This document shows positions 1 through 10,562 of a DNA stretch of 64,000 nt, piece by piece. Numbering within the stretch: the first letter of the stretch is position 1; each line of letters begins with the position of its first letter. The notes beneath the pieces are model-generated. The model had not been told where the DNA came from, ran no database searches, and worked only from the letters and a program-made list of their open reading frames with translations. The translations under genes and the position numbers were made by a program. This DNA comes from Oceanospirillaceae bacterium (lineage in GTDB: Bacteria; Pseudomonadota; Gammaproteobacteria; Pseudomonadales; Balneatricaceae). The stretch is taken from positions 21,393-85,392 of the forward strand of contig JAHEDZ010000001.1 of assembly GCA_024640955.1 (NCBI GenBank), given 5' to 3'.

Positions 1-1
1 T

Positions 2-94
2 GAAGAGTGGGAAGAGCGCGCCGGTGAGGTTCCGCTGAGCCCTAAATGTTTGGGCGGCTCCAAGCGTGATAAGCAGAAACAAACCAAACACTAA
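2..94 (+). CDS. 3' end of an unidentified CDS entering from upstream (last 30 codons)
   Basis: Open frame from the window edge to TAA at 92-94 (...EEWEERAGEVPLSPKCLGGSKRDKQKQTKH*). Too short to assign a family. Confidence 0.3.
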   Translation, partial: EEWEERAGEVPLSPKCLGGSKRDKQKQTKH

Positions 95-118
95 CTCGCC
101 GCATAACCGGTTCGGGCT

Positions 119-1216
119 ATGTCTGAAGAGCACTCTGAGGATAGCCGCCAACGTAAAGTCATCCATGTCGATATGGATGCTTTCTACGCCAGTGTAGAGC
201 AGCGTGATAATCCTGGGTTGAGGGGTAAACCAGTCGCCGTCGGCGGCGGCTCCAAGAGGGGCGTTGTTGCGGCGGCGAGTTATGAGGCACGCAAGTATGG
301 CGTGCGTTCGGCCATGCCTTCAGTTAGCGCCCAAAAGCGCTGTCCTGATCTTATCTTTGTTAAACCCCGCTTCGAGATCTACCGCGAGATCTCCCAGATA
401 ATCAGGTCGATCTTTCACCGTCACACTGATCTGATTGAGCCCCTTGCCTTGGATGAGGCCTATCTGGATGTTACCGACGACAAGCTTGGAGTCGGCAGTG
501 CAACACTAATTGCTGAGCAGATTCGGGCCGATATTTTCGCCGAGACCGGGCTCACAGCCAGCGCGGGAGTTAGCTACAACAAGTTGCTGGCGAAACTGGC
601 GTGTGAGCAGAACAAGCCCAACGGCCTCTTTGTTATACGTCCAGAGCAGGGGGAAGAGTATATCGCTGGCTGCGACGTTGCCAAAATCCACGGTGTTGGG
701 CCACGCACCGCTGAACGTATGCATGCGCTGGGTATCTTTACTGGTGCTGATCTGCGCGCGCGATCGCTTGAGGAGCTCAGATCTGGTTTTGGCAAAGCCT
801 CAGGCTATTTTTTTAACGCCGCACGCGGTGTCGATAATCGGCCGGTGCGGGTTAATCGTATCCGTAAGTCAGTCGGTGCAGAGCGCACCTTCTTTGAGGA
901 TATTCGTACGGAGGCGCTGCTAGTCGCTGCAATTGAGCGTGTCGCAGATGAGGTGTTTGCTCGCTCTGATCGGATCCATCTGCGCGGAAAAACGGCGACA
1001 TTGAAGATCAAATATCAGGACTTTGAGCTACACACCCGACAGGCAAGTTTCAGTGACCCTATAGACTCAGCCGAATCGCTGAAACTGGCAGCGCTAGCGC
1101 AGATGCAGAAGTTCCTGCCACTCGAGAAGGGTATTCGGTTGGTGGGCGTTTCCCTTTCGAACCTAGTCGATGATGACGAGTTGGAGCAGGAGCCTCAGCT
1201 ACCGCTGGATCTCTAG
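119..1216 (+). CDS. dinB: DNA polymerase IV (Y-family translesion polymerase)
   Basis: 365 aa. N-terminus VIHVDMDAFYASVEQRDNP..KPVAVGG and the SYEARKYGVRSAMP motif are typical of DinB. Confidence 0.95.
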   Translation: MSEEHSEDSRQRKVIHVDMDAFYASVEQRDNPGLRGKPVAVGGGSKRGVVAAASYEARKYGVRSAMPSVSAQKRCPDLIFVKPRFEIYREISQIIRSIFHRHTDLIEPLALDEAYLDVTDDKLGVGSATLIAEQIRADIFAETGLTASAGVSYNKLLAKLACEQNKPNGLFVIRPEQGEEYIAGCDVAKIHGVGPRTAERMHALGIFTGADLRARSLEELRSGFGKASGYFFNAARGVDNRPVRVNRIRKSVGAERTFFEDIRTEALLVAAIERVADEVFARSDRIHLRGKTATLKIKYQDFELHTRQASFSDPIDSAESLKLAALAQMQKFLPLEKGIRLVGVSLSNLVDDDELEQEPQLPLDL

Positions 1217-1319
1217 GACAATATAGAGTGAAAGGAAAGTCGAGTTTGTACTGAAGCCTGAAGAGCGTTAGTTTCTTACACGAGGCCCATCGAGCAGTGA
1301 AAGTTATGAGGCAAAAGCT

Positions 1320-1706
1320 ATGAAACGCAAGACCATTCTGGCGGTAGACGACGATCCGGTCACACTAGCTCAGTATCGGGATGTTCTAGGCGAAGACTAT
1401 GATGTACGTTTTGCTCTGAATGGCGAGCAGGCTATCGAGGTCATAAATCAATCTCCGCCTGATTTGCTTATCGTTGATGTGAGGATGCCGGGAGATGATG
1501 GTCCGCGTGTCGTTCATAAACTAAGACGCTACACCTCGGTCCCAGTCATGATGATCAGCGGATACCCGCAGGATGTCTCGGAAGATGAGTTGATTCGGCT
1601 GCAGATACACGCAGCGCTGATCAAACCGGTGGCGGCTGATGCGCTGCTATTCGAAGTGGAATCTCTACTGAAATCCCACAATCTCCAATTTAATGAAGCG
1701 CTTTAG
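1320..1706 (+). CDS. Stand-alone response-regulator receiver (CheY-like) protein
   Basis: 128 aa. ILAVDDDP...[11 protein letters not shown]...IKP receiver pattern with no output domain. Confidence 0.85.
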   Translation: MKRKTILAVDDDPVTLAQYRDVLGEDYDVRFALNGEQAIEVINQSPPDLLIVDVRMPGDDGPRVVHKLRRYTSVPVMMISGYPQDVSEDELIRLQIHAALIKPVAADALLFEVESLLKSHNLQFNEAL

Positions 1707-2980
1707 CTCGTAACCTGCTCGAATAGATCAAAGTACTCGGGGAATGTCTTACTGGTGCAACCCGGATCGTTGATCGTAATCGCTGCATCGCCAAATGCGG
1801 CAATCGAGAAACACATCGCCATGCGGTGGTCATCATAGGTGTCGATCGCGGCAGATTGGATCTTTGCCGGCGGTGTCACCTCAATATAGTCCTCCCCCTC
1901 AACGACTTCAGCACCCACTTTGCGTAGTTCGGTCGCCATCGCATTGAGACGATCAGTCTCTTTGACGCGCCAGTTGTATACATTGCGTATAGCTGTTTTG
2001 CCTTCAGCAAATAGTGCTGCTGTCGCGATCGTCATCGCAGCATCTGGAATGGCGTTCAGGTCTAGATCGACACCTTTGAGCTCGCCCTTGGTCACTTCTA
2101 TCCAGGTGGGGCCATAAGTCACCTTAGCACCCATCTTTTCGAGCACCTCAGCGAAGGCTTTATCGCCCTGCACAGACTTCGAGCCAACGCCGTACACACG
2201 GATAGTGCCGCCAGCGACGGCTGCTGCTGCCAGGAAGTAAGAGGCAGATGATGCGTCACCCTCAACCATTACTTCCCCCGGCGAGCGGTAGGTTTGGCCA
2301 GCACGGACAACGAAGCTTTCGTAGTTGTTGTTCTCAACCTCAATACCGAAGAGTTTCATTGTGTGCAGCGTAATGTCGATGTACGGCACGGATACCAACT
2401 CGCCGTCCATCACAATCTCTAAATCTTGCTGCGCAAGTGGTGCTGCCATCAGGAGGGCCGTCAGGAATTGGCTCGAGATGTTACCGCGAATGCTGACGCG
2501 ACCGCCTTTAAGGCCATTGGCGTTAATCTTGAGTGGTGGGTAACCCTCGTCTTTGAGGTACTCAACATCTGCTCCAAGTTGACGTAGCGCATCCACTAGG
2601 TCCTTGATTGGGCGCTCATACATACGCGGCTCGCCAGTCAAAGTGAACTCGCCTTGACCCAGACATAGCGCAGCTGTCAGTGGGCGCATGGCCGTACCTG
2701 CGTTGCCGAGGAACATCTCAGCTCCAGCAGATTTGAACGCGCCACCTATACCCTCAACTATACAAGTGCGGCGATCCTTAGCTAGTTCATAGCTTACACC
2801 CAGCTCGGTAAGTGCATTGAGCATATGTGTAACGTCGGCGCTATCGAGTAGGTTGGTTACTGTCGTTTTACCCTCGGCCAGAGCGGCCAACAGTAGAATA
2901 CGGTTCGATAGGCTCTTGGAGCCAGGAAGCTGCACTTCGCCGTTAGCGAAGCTGCGCGGTTGGAGCGTTAAAGTTTCCAT
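1703..2980 (-). CDS. aroA: 3-phosphoshikimate 1-carboxyvinyltransferase (EPSP synthase)
   Basis: 425 aa. [20 protein letters not shown] and [13 protein letters not shown] motifs. Confidence 0.95.
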   Translation of the reverse strand: METLTLQPRSFANGEVQLPGSKSLSNRILLLAALAEGKTTVTNLLDSADVTHMLNALTELGVSYELAKDRRTCIVEGIGGAFKSAGAEMFLGNAGTAMRPLTAALCLGQGEFTLTGEPRMYERPIKDLVDALRQLGADVEYLKDEGYPPLKINANGLKGGRVSIRGNISSQFLTALLMAAPLAQQDLEIVMDGELVSVPYIDITLHTMKLFGIEVENNNYESFVVRAGQTYRSPGEVMVEGDASSASYFLAAAAVAGGTIRVYGVGSKSVQGDKAFAEVLEKMGAKVTYGPTWIEVTKGELKGVDLDLNAIPDAAMTIATAALFAEGKTAIRNVYNWRVKETDRLNAMATELRKVGAEVVEGEDYIEVTPPAKIQSAAIDTYDDHRMAMCFSIAAFGDAAITINDPGCTSKTFPEYFDLFEQVTS

Positions 2981-3322
2981 GAGTTTCAGGTCTATTGAAC
3001 AAAAATTTAGGGGCGAAAAGGTACAGGTAAATAGCGTTTAAGTCCATTTTTACCAAGCTTTAGCGCTCTATTGATCGACATCAGTACCATGAGGTCACGC
3101 GCGAAGTATACAAGATGAAGGCTGAGGTAGAACCGGTGACTACCGAAGTGGAAGAGGAGTACAAAAAGCGTCGCCGACAACTTAAAGATGAGCTGCACAG
3201 CATGTTGAAGGCGGCGGGTCTCTTCGAGCGCGGCGTTGCAGGCCGTTAAATCATATGACCTTTCTATTACCCAAAACTTCTCTTCTTAGCTATCCTTAGT
3301 GCAAACATTGATGGAGTAAGTG

Positions 3323-3784
3323 ATGAAACGGATTATCGCTATTTTGGCCGCCACAGCGCTGCTCGGCGGCTGTGTTCAGCAGAATCTTTCTGGTACAGCC
3401 TACAGTCGCAATCAGGTGCAGCAGGCGCAGCAGATCGAGTACGCCGTGGTAGATACAGTACAACCTGTCATTATTCAGGGTCGTACTGACGGTGTCGTCG
3501 GTGCAGGCTCGGGTGCCATAATTGGTGGTATCGCTGGATCCACTGTGGGTGGCGGTAAGGGCAGCAGCATTATGACTGTGCTGGGTGCCGTTGCTGGTGG
3601 CATGGCAGGGCAGGCGATTGAAGAGAACACCACTACCGTACAGGGGCAAGAGATTGTAGTTCGTACCGACTCCGGGCGTCTGTTCTCTATTGTCCAAGAG
3701 GTACAGAACAATATGATGTTCCGTGCAGGGGATCGCGTGCGTGTATTGACCAGCTCAGACGGTACGGTGCGTGTCAGCTACTAA
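3323..3784 (+). CDS. Outer-membrane lipoprotein, glycine-zipper (SlyB/Pcp-like)
   Basis: Lipobox LLGGC after a signal peptide. Gly-rich GAGSGAIIGGIAGSTVGGG zipper. GGAG 6 nt upstream of the ATG at 3323. Confidence 0.8.
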   Translation: MKRIIAILAATALLGGCVQQNLSGTAYSRNQVQQAQQIEYAVVDTVQPVIIQGRTDGVVGAGSGAIIGGIAGSTVGGGKGSSIMTVLGAVAGGMAGQAIEENTTTVQGQEIVVRTDSGRLFSIVQEVQNNMMFRAGDRVRVLTSSDGTVRVSY

Positions 3785-4175
3785 GCCACCAGCGCTCGCG
3801 GGCGTTCATCACGTGGCGCTCATTTGTAGCGACTACGCCAAGTCCAAGCAGTTCTACTCTGAACTGCTGGGACTGGAGATAGTGGATGAGAACTACCGAG
3901 AAGCCCGTGACTCCTGGAAGCTCGACCTCAGAGCACCAGATGGTACTCAGCTCGAACTCTTCAGTTTTCCTGGCGCTCCACTACGCCCCTCGGCCCCCGA
4001 AGCACAGGGGCTGCGCCACCTCTGTTTCGGTGTCTCTGACCTAGAGGGCTGGATCGCCTATCTTGAGGCTATTGAGATCGAGGTTGAACCGGTCAGAGTC
4101 GACCCTTATACCGGTAAGCGGTTTACCTTCTTTAAAGATCCGGATAACTTACCGCTCGAACTCTATCAAGCCTAG
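3771..4175 (+). CDS. VOC/glyoxalase-family protein (YaeR-like)
   Basis: 134 aa. VHHVALICSDY..SK.FY...LG and RFTFFKDPDNLPLELY match the YaeR-type VOC fold along the whole length. Confidence 0.8.
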   Translation: MSATKPPALAGVHHVALICSDYAKSKQFYSELLGLEIVDENYREARDSWKLDLRAPDGTQLELFSFPGAPLRPSAPEAQGLRHLCFGVSDLEGWIAYLEAIEIEVEPVRVDPYTGKRFTFFKDPDNLPLELYQA

Positions 4176-4198
4176 CGTGTCGAACAGTTGGAACACAG

Positions 4199-4972
4199 AT
4201 GGAACTGAGAGTACTTGGGGCGTCCGGAGGCGTCACTAGAGCGGGAGCAACAACAGCCTTTCTGCTGGATCAGCGAGTTCTACTCGATGGCGGCACCGGA
4301 GTAGGCTCTCTCGATCTGGCCGAAATGGAGCGCATTGACGCGCTGCTGCTGACTCACGCACACCTTGATCACATTGCTGGCGCTGCACTCATGTTGGCGT
4401 CTGTGATCGACCGGCGCACAACACCGCTGACTATATATGCGCCGGTCGAGGTGCTAGATACCCTAAAAGCACACCTATTCAATTGGCAGATCTGGCCTGA
4501 CTTTTCAGTGCTCCCCACAGAGGAACAGCCCGTTTTACGGTATCGGCCAATCCTGCCCGCAGAGCGCTTTGAGATCGAGGACCTTAGCATTGAGGCGGTA
4601 CCCTTGAGCCATACGGTTCCCAGTTTTGCCTATCTAATCGAACGCGAGGGCAGAGGGTTTTGCTTTTGCGGCGACACGGGCCCGACCGAAACACTCTGGC
4701 AGCGCATTAACGAGCGTGGTGATATCGAGCAGCTCTTTATCGAACTCTCTTACCCAGCAGAGGAGGCTGAGATCGCAAAGGTCTCCGGGCACTATGATCT
4801 CACAGGATTGGCGCAGGACTTAAAAAAGTTAGAGCAGCCTCTGACGGTGCAGTTAATGCACGCTAAGCCTGGATATGAACAGCGATTGATTGCAGCGGTG
4901 AGGGAGAATCCAGTGCTGCAGACCCTAAAGGTGCAGCACTGTGAGATAGAGCAGCGAATTGACGTGCTCTAA
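4199..4972 (+). CDS. MBL-fold hydrolase, class II 3',5'-cyclic-nucleotide phosphodiesterase-like
   Basis: 257 aa. THAHLDHIAGAALML fits the class-II PDE signature HxHLDHxxG. Confidence 0.7.
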   Translation: MELRVLGASGGVTRAGATTAFLLDQRVLLDGGTGVGSLDLAEMERIDALLLTHAHLDHIAGAALMLASVIDRRTTPLTIYAPVEVLDTLKAHLFNWQIWPDFSVLPTEEQPVLRYRPILPAERFEIEDLSIEAVPLSHTVPSFAYLIEREGRGFCFCGDTGPTETLWQRINERGDIEQLFIELSYPAEEAEIAKVSGHYDLTGLAQDLKKLEQPLTVQLMHAKPGYEQRLIAAVRENPVLQTLKVQHCEIEQRIDVL

Positions 4973-4990
4973 AAAGCCGTCCAGTAGAGA

Positions 4991-5569
4991 CTACTTTTCT
5001 GGCGCGTGATAGAGCAGATAAAGGTCTACTAGCACTTCAGGGATCTGATCACACATCTCTTGGCTGAGTGAGCGGTCCTTGCGAATATCCTTAATCTCAG
5101 GGTCGTCGAACAGCTCAGAGGCGACCATAATTGGCAGCAGGAGTCCTGCGACGGTCTCTTCATCACGCTCAAACCAGAGCGCCTCGTTGAGGAATACGCC
5201 CTCCATGAATCCTTCGGCCCAGAGTGTGGTCTCGGCCGTCTCATCGTCGCTTTCAGTCTCCAGCGTCAGATCCAGCGGTAGCGGAACCTCCTCTTCGGAC
5301 GAAAGGTCATTACTGATGGTTTTATCCAGTTTGGAGAGTAGCTCTTCAACGGTTGCGCGCTGGGTGTCGTTCTCCCAGTTGGGCTGACCATCAAACACCA
5401 TCGTCATCCATTCGGATGCGGGTGTTGGTTTGGGTGCGATGTTCAGAGCACAGAGAAGACCGTGAGCCCCAATCAGGTCCAGTGCGGTTTCAGGCACTGC
5501 ATCAGAAAGGAGAAATGCTTCCAGAGTATCTAGTTCATCTTCGGTGATCAGGGCGAGATCGTTTGTCAT
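4991..5569 (-). CDS. UPF0149 (YecA/YgfB-type) family protein
   Basis: 192 aa, acidic. LEAFLLSD...L.GAHGLLCAL and WAEGFMEGV segments are typical of UPF0149. Confidence 0.7.
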   Translation of the reverse strand: MTNDLALITEDELDTLEAFLLSDAVPETALDLIGAHGLLCALNIAPKPTPASEWMTMVFDGQPNWENDTQRATVEELLSKLDKTISNDLSSEEEVPLPLDLTLETESDDETAETTLWAEGFMEGVFLNEALWFERDEETVAGLLLPIMVASELFDDPEIKDIRKDRSLSQEMCDQIPEVLVDLYLLYHAPEK

Positions 5570-5652
5570 CTTAGTCTGTCCTAATTGATATGGCGCTAGT
5601 GTAGCGCGAATCTGCAGTGACTTGCAGCGCTGCTTCGCGGATAATAGCGGCC

Positions 5653-7470
5653 ATGATCGAGCAGGCCCGCCAAACCCTTATTCAAACTTTCGGCTTTGAC
5701 CAATTTCGCGACCCCCAGCAGCAAGTAATTGAGACGCTGTTAGCGGACGGTGATGCGTTGGTTGTGATGCCCACCGGTGGGGGTAAATCCCTCTGCTATC
5801 AGCTGCCCTCTATGGTGCGTGAGGGCACCGGAATTATTGTCTCTCCGTTGATCGCCCTGATGCAGGATCAGGTAAACGCTCTGTCGCTCTTGGGTATCAA
5901 AGCGGGTTGTCTAAACTCGTCGCTCGATTTCGACGAACTGCAGCGCACAGAGGCGGCTCTTGTGAATGGCGAGCTCGATATGCTCTACATTGCGCCTGAG
6001 CGTCTGTTGCAGCAGCGCACTCTGAATCTGCTCTCACGCGCCAAGTTGGCGCTGTTCGCCATAGATGAAGCCCACTGTGTGTCCCAGTGGGGCCACGATT
6101 TCCGTCCTGAATATCTGCAGCTTGGGGAGCTGGCGCAACGTTTCCCTGATGTGCCGAGGATTGCGCTAACTGCAACCGCCGATGCGCGTACTCGCCAAGA
6201 GATGTCAGAACGTCTGCATCTGGAGGGCGCCAAGCAGTTCATCAAAGGCTTCGATCGTCCGAATATCCGCTACCGCATCGCCCAGAAAGACGGCGCCAAA
6301 GAGCAGCTTCTCAGTTTCATCCGCGCCGAACACTCGGGTGACGCCGGTGTGGTCTACTGCATGTCACGTAAACGTGTCGAGGATACCGCTTCATGGTTGG
6401 CACAGAAGGGCTTTAATGCGCTGCCGTATCATGCGGGCCTTCCGCCCGAACTGCGCAACCATAATCAGCACCGTTTCCTAACAGAAGAGGCGGTGATTAT
6501 GGTCGCCACCATTGCTTTCGGTATGGGGATCGATAAACCCAATGTGCGCTTTGTGGCTCACCTGGATCTGCCCAAGTCGATCGAGGCCTACTATCAGGAG
6601 ACCGGCCGTGCCGGGCGTGATGGGCTGCCGGCTAATGCGTGGATGGTTTACGGACTGCAGGATGTGATCTTCCAGCGTCAGATGCTGGAGTCAGGGCAAG
6701 CGGCGGATGAGCAGAAGCAGATAGAGCGCCAGAAACTTGAGGCGATGTTAGGGCTCTGTGAGATCACCAGCTGTCGTCGACGTGCTCTGCTTAGTTACTT
6801 CGGTGAGCCTGATCACCCCGACTGCGGAAACTGCGATAATTGCCTTGAGCCGGCTGAAGTTTGGGACGGTACCGAGGTGGCGCGCAAGGCGCTATCTGCT
6901 GTCTACCGCAGTGGCCAGCAATATGGCGTCACTGCGGTTATCGAGATTCTACGTGGTGAACAGACAGACCGTAGTCGTCAACGTGGCCACGATCAGCTCT
7001 CGACTTGGGGCATTGGCCGCGACTTAGATAAAACCACCTGGCGCTCCGTGTTTCGTCAGTTGGTCGCGCGCGGGCTCTTGCGGGTAACCCCTGATAACTT
7101 CGGCTCCCTCTATCTCGCAGAAAGCTGTCGTGCGCTTCTAAAGGGTGAAGAGACTATCGAGTTACGCCGTGATGTGCGCCCGGCCAAACGCTTCACCAAG
7201 AGCAGCTCCAGCAAGCGGCCTGAATTTAACCTCACCCATGCGGATCAAGGGCTTTGGGAGGCGCTGCGCAACTGCCGTCGCGATATCGCGGACGAGAAGG
7301 ATGTACCGCCTTACGTTATTTTCCATGATTCAACGTTGCTGGAAATGGTGTCACTTAAACCGACCTCAGCTATACAGCTGCGCCGTATTAACGGAATTGG
7401 CGATCGTAAACTTGAGGCTTATGGTCCCGCTTTTCTAAAAGTGATTTCCGATCATCTCGCCGAGGCCTAG
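5653..7470 (+). CDS. recQ: ATP-dependent DNA helicase RecQ
   Basis: [39 protein letters not shown], the Zn-binding CxxCDNC and a C-terminal HRDC region. Start moved to the ATG at 5653 to match the canonical N-terminus. Confidence 0.95.
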   Translation: MIEQARQTLIQTFGFDQFRDPQQQVIETLLADGDALVVMPTGGGKSLCYQLPSMVREGTGIIVSPLIALMQDQVNALSLLGIKAGCLNSSLDFDELQRTEAALVNGELDMLYIAPERLLQQRTLNLLSRAKLALFAIDEAHCVSQWGHDFRPEYLQLGELAQRFPDVPRIALTATADARTRQEMSERLHLEGAKQFIKGFDRPNIRYRIAQKDGAKEQLLSFIRAEHSGDAGVVYCMSRKRVEDTASWLAQKGFNALPYHAGLPPELRNHNQHRFLTEEAVIMVATIAFGMGIDKPNVRFVAHLDLPKSIEAYYQETGRAGRDGLPANAWMVYGLQDVIFQRQMLESGQAADEQKQIERQKLEAMLGLCEITSCRRRALLSYFGEPDHPDCGNCDNCLEPAEVWDGTEVARKALSAVYRSGQQYGVTAVIEILRGEQTDRSRQRGHDQLSTWGIGRDLDKTTWRSVFRQLVARGLLRVTPDNFGSLYLAESCRALLKGEETIELRRDVRPAKRFTKSSSSKRPEFNLTHADQGLWEALRNCRRDIADEKDVPPYVIFHDSTLLEMVSLKPTSAIQLRRINGIGDRKLEAYGPAFLKVISDHLAEA

Positions 7471-7473
7471 TCG

Positions 7474-7902
7474 ATGTTGGAATCGCTCTGGACACTCTTT
7501 ATCAGTGCGCTGATTTCGTCGACACTCTTGCCGGGTGGTGTTGAGGCGCTGTTGGCTTACCAAGTTGGAGAGCAGCCTCAGACGGCGCCAACGCTTATAC
7601 TGGTCGCAACTTTGGGAAATACTCTCGGCTCCTATATTACCTTTGCAATGGGTAGTCTTATCGCCTGGCGCTACCCTCTTAAAGCGCTCGATAAACCCAA
7701 CCATCTGCGAGCAAAGCGCTGGCTGACCTTGCGTGGCCCTTGGGTACTTCTATTGGCCTGGTTACCGGTTATTGGTGATCCCCTCTGCCTTTTGGCGGGC
7801 TGGCTGCGGCTAAACCTAATCTACTCATTCGCGACGATATTGATCGGAAAACTTCTACGGTTTCTGTTGATCGCGTTTGTGGCGACTGGGCTATTTGGCT
7901 GA
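7474..7902 (+). CDS. YqaA-family (DedA-related) inner-membrane protein
   Basis: 142 aa, 4 hydrophobic segments, GDPLCLLAGW motif. Confidence 0.7.
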   Translation: MLESLWTLFISALISSTLLPGGVEALLAYQVGEQPQTAPTLILVATLGNTLGSYITFAMGSLIAWRYPLKALDKPNHLRAKRWLTLRGPWVLLLAWLPVIGDPLCLLAGWLRLNLIYSFATILIGKLLRFLLIAFVATGLFG

Positions 7903-7987
7903 TGTTGGGCTCAGATGAGAAGAGCTCAGTGTCACTGGCGAAAGCTTGGGTTATAATCCGCGCCGTTCAAAGGAGTAGCCCGATATT

Positions 7988-8923
7988 ATGACCGCCCAAG
8001 CACATCAGGAAGAGTTCGATCGCAAACAGAAACTGCGCTTCAATAAGCTGCAGAAGCGCCTGCGCCGCGAGGTAGGGCAGGCGATTGAGGCGTTTAACCT
8101 GATAGAGGAGGGTGATCGCGTCATGGTCTGCCTATCGGGCGGCAAAGACTCCTTCACGATGCTCGAGATTTTGATGAGCCTGCAGAAGAGTGCGCCAGTT
8201 AAGTTTGATCTGGTGGCCGTCAATATGGACCAGAAGCAGCCAGGTTTTCCTGAGCATATTTTGCCGGCCTATCTCGATCAGCTCGATATCGAGTACCACA
8301 TCATTGAGAAGGACACCTACTCAGTCGTTAAGTCGGTTATTCCTGAAGGTAAGACCACCTGCGGTCTCTGTTCGCGCCTGCGTCGCGGCACACTCTATGG
8401 CTTTGCTGATGAGATCGGCTGTAACAAGATCGCGTTAGGTCATCACCGTGATGACATTATCGAAACAATGTTCCTCAATATGTTCCATGGCGGTAAGCTT
8501 AAGGCGATGCCACCTAAGCTGGTCTCCGATGATGGCAAGAACATGGTTATTCGGCCTCTCGCTTACGCACGTGAGAAAGATATCGCCGAGTTCGCTGAGC
8601 TCAAAGGCTATCCGATTATTCCATGTAACCTCTGCGGTTCGCAGGAGAATCTGCAGCGCGCCTCTATTAAAGAGATGCTGCAAGATTGGGATAAGCGCTT
8701 CCCGGGTCGTATCGAAACGATGTTCAAAGCGATGTGCAACGTCGTACCCTCACACCTGGCCGACGAGAAGCTGTTTGACTTTAAAGGTCTGAAACACGGC
8801 TACGCCCACGGAATCGCTGATTCTGACAGCGTGCTCACCCTGACAACGTCGCATGCTCATGAGCCGCAACTGTCGAGTGGCGTGCAGCAGTTTGAGAAGA
8901 TTGATCTGCAGAATCTCTCATAA
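7988..8923 (+). CDS. ttcA: tRNA 2-thiocytidine(32) synthetase
   Basis: 311 aa. PP-loop CLSGGKDS, and the [10 protein letters not shown] and CNLCG cysteine motifs. Confidence 0.9.
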   Translation: MTAQAHQEEFDRKQKLRFNKLQKRLRREVGQAIEAFNLIEEGDRVMVCLSGGKDSFTMLEILMSLQKSAPVKFDLVAVNMDQKQPGFPEHILPAYLDQLDIEYHIIEKDTYSVVKSVIPEGKTTCGLCSRLRRGTLYGFADEIGCNKIALGHHRDDIIETMFLNMFHGGKLKAMPPKLVSDDGKNMVIRPLAYAREKDIAEFAELKGYPIIPCNLCGSQENLQRASIKEMLQDWDKRFPGRIETMFKAMCNVVPSHLADEKLFDFKGLKHGYAHGIADSDSVLTLTTSHAHEPQLSSGVQQFEKIDLQNLS

Positions 8924-9040
8924 ATAGCCCTCGCTCTAGCAAAGCACAACAGAGTCTAGTCGCAGTAACAAGCTGTTGGTCGGTCCACTCTTCTGTACGC
9001 CTAGCGCTTTAGTAAAATCAGACCATTTTCCGGTACCTTT

Positions 9041-9059
9041 TCTACTAACCTTTAGTAGA
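9041..9059. promoter_or_regulatory. Perfect 8-bp inverted repeat TCTACTAA-cct-TTAGTAGA in the AT-rich soxC upstream region (candidate operator)
   Basis: Read directly. A third half-site, CTTTAGTA, lies at 9007-9014. The site is about 160 nt upstream of the soxC start. Confidence 0.25.
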
Positions 9060-9218
9060 GTGTTATGACCAAAAGCGATTCTGGTTAGTATATTTTCAGC
9101 TAAGCCTTTCTGCCATAGATCATTTAGTTATATGATTAGCTTGGTCTTGAATGATATATGCAAGATCACTAACATTCGCGCCGGGATACTAAAAAATCAA
9201 CATAGCCGGGAGGCATTG

Positions 9219-10562
9219 ATGGGAAACATCATCAAAGGGCCGTCGACTCGTGAGCTGATGCAGCAGCTTGTGACAGATTCTGAAGGAATGACTGTCAACG
9301 ATCGTCGCGATTTTCTCCGTAAGGGTATTGCAGCAGTGGGCGGCATGGCTGCAGCGACTGTTGCTGGCGGCGTAAGCGCTGCTGATAACGCAATGGTCAA
9401 CTCAACCAACCTGCCACCAAACGAGCCATCTTGGGGTCGTATGCTGGGTCACGGTGTAATCGAGTACCCATACGGTCAGCCATCGAAATACGAAAGTCAC
9501 GTTGTACGTCGTACAGTGCCATGGCTCACAGCTGAGTCTATCTCGTCTATCTCTATGACTCCGCTTCACGAACTGAAAGGTATCATCACCCCCAACGGTC
9601 TGGTTTTTGAACGTTACCACGGTGGTGTACCTACAATTAACCCAGAAGAGCACCGCCTGATCATCCACGGGCTGGTAGAGCGTCCATTGATCTTCACGAT
9701 GGAAGATCTGATGCGTTTCCCTTCTGTTTCAGTGATCAAATTCCTCGAGTGTCCTGCCAACGGCGGTATGGAGTGGCGCGGTACTCAGATGGAAGCGCTG
9801 CAGTTTACCCACGGCATGCTGTCGTGTTGTGAATGGACCGGTGTACCGCTGAAAGCGCTGCTGGAAGAGGCTGGCGTTAAACCAGAAGGTAAGTGGGTAT
9901 TGGCTGAGGGCGCTGACGGCGCGCACATGAGCCGCTCAATTCCTCTGGAGAAGTGTCTTGATGACGCTCTGATCGTGTACGCTCAGAATGGCGAGATGCT
10001 GCGTCCAGAACAGGGTTACCCAGTCCGCCTGATGAACCCAGGTTGGGAAGGCAACACCTCAATCAAGTGGCTGCGTCGATTGGAAGTCGGCGACAAGCCT
10101 TGGTATCACCGTGAAGAGACTTCGAAGTACACCGACCTGATGGCCGACGGTACTGCACGTAAGTTCACGTTCGTTCAGGAGTGTAACTCTGTTATCACTT
10201 CGCCCTGTCCTGAGAACCCAATCAAAGGTTCGGGCATGATCGAAATCGAAGGTATCGCATGGTCTGGCCGCGGCAAGATCAAGCAGGTCGATATCTCGTT
10301 TGACGGCGGTGTCTCTTGGACCCCAGCTAATCTGAAAGGTCTGGTGCTCGAGAAAGCCCTGACTCGCTTCAGCTTGGTTACTAAGTGGGATGGACAGCCT
10401 TGGCTGCTCCAGGCGCGTGCAATCGACGAAACTGGCTACGTACAGCCAACGCTGCAGCAGCTGCGTGATGTACGTGGTACTGAGTCGATCTACCACAAGA
10501 ACGCGATCCACACTTGGCAGGTATCAAACACCGGGGAGGTTAAGAATGTTCAAGTTAGCTAA
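9219..10562 (+). CDS. soxC: Sulfane dehydrogenase molybdopterin subunit SoxC
   Basis: Tat signal RRDFLRKG. Sulfite-oxidase-family Moco and dimerisation domains. GGGAGG RBS before the ATG at 9219. Followed by soxD with an overlap. Confidence 0.9.
   Translation: MGNIIKGPSTRELMQQLVTDSEGMTVNDRRDFLRKGIAAVGGMAAATVAGGVSAADNAMVNSTNLPPNEPSWGRMLGHGVIEYPYGQPSKYESHVVRRTVPWLTAESISSISMTPLHELKGIITPNGLVFERYHGGVPTINPEEHRLIIHGLVERPLIFTMEDLMRFPSVSVIKFLECPANGGMEWRGTQMEALQFTHGMLSCCEWTGVPLKALLEEAGVKPEGKWVLAEGADGAHMSRSIPLEKCLDDALIVYAQNGEMLRPEQGYPVRLMNPGWEGNTSIKWLRRLEVGDKPWYHREETSKYTDLMADGTARKFTFVQECNSVITSPCPENPIKGSGMIEIEGIAWSGRGKIKQVDISFDGGVSWTPANLKGLVLEKALTRFSLVTKWDGQPWLLQARAIDETGYVQPTLQQLRDVRGTESIYHKNAIHTWQVSNTGEVKNVQVS

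Noticed and set aside
3007-3198. 63-aa minus-strand ORF in the aroA upstream gap
   Set aside because: It has a hydrophobic, Leu/Phe-rich odd composition and no RBS, and it overlaps a more protein-like plus-strand frame.
10390-10545. Long N-terminal extensions in the track for soxD, soxY (11988), soxZ (12494), soxA (12771), soxC (9132) and soxB (19822)
   Set aside because: The signal or Tat peptides and the RBS positions identify the internal starts. The extensions lie inside the upstream genes or in non-coding DNA.
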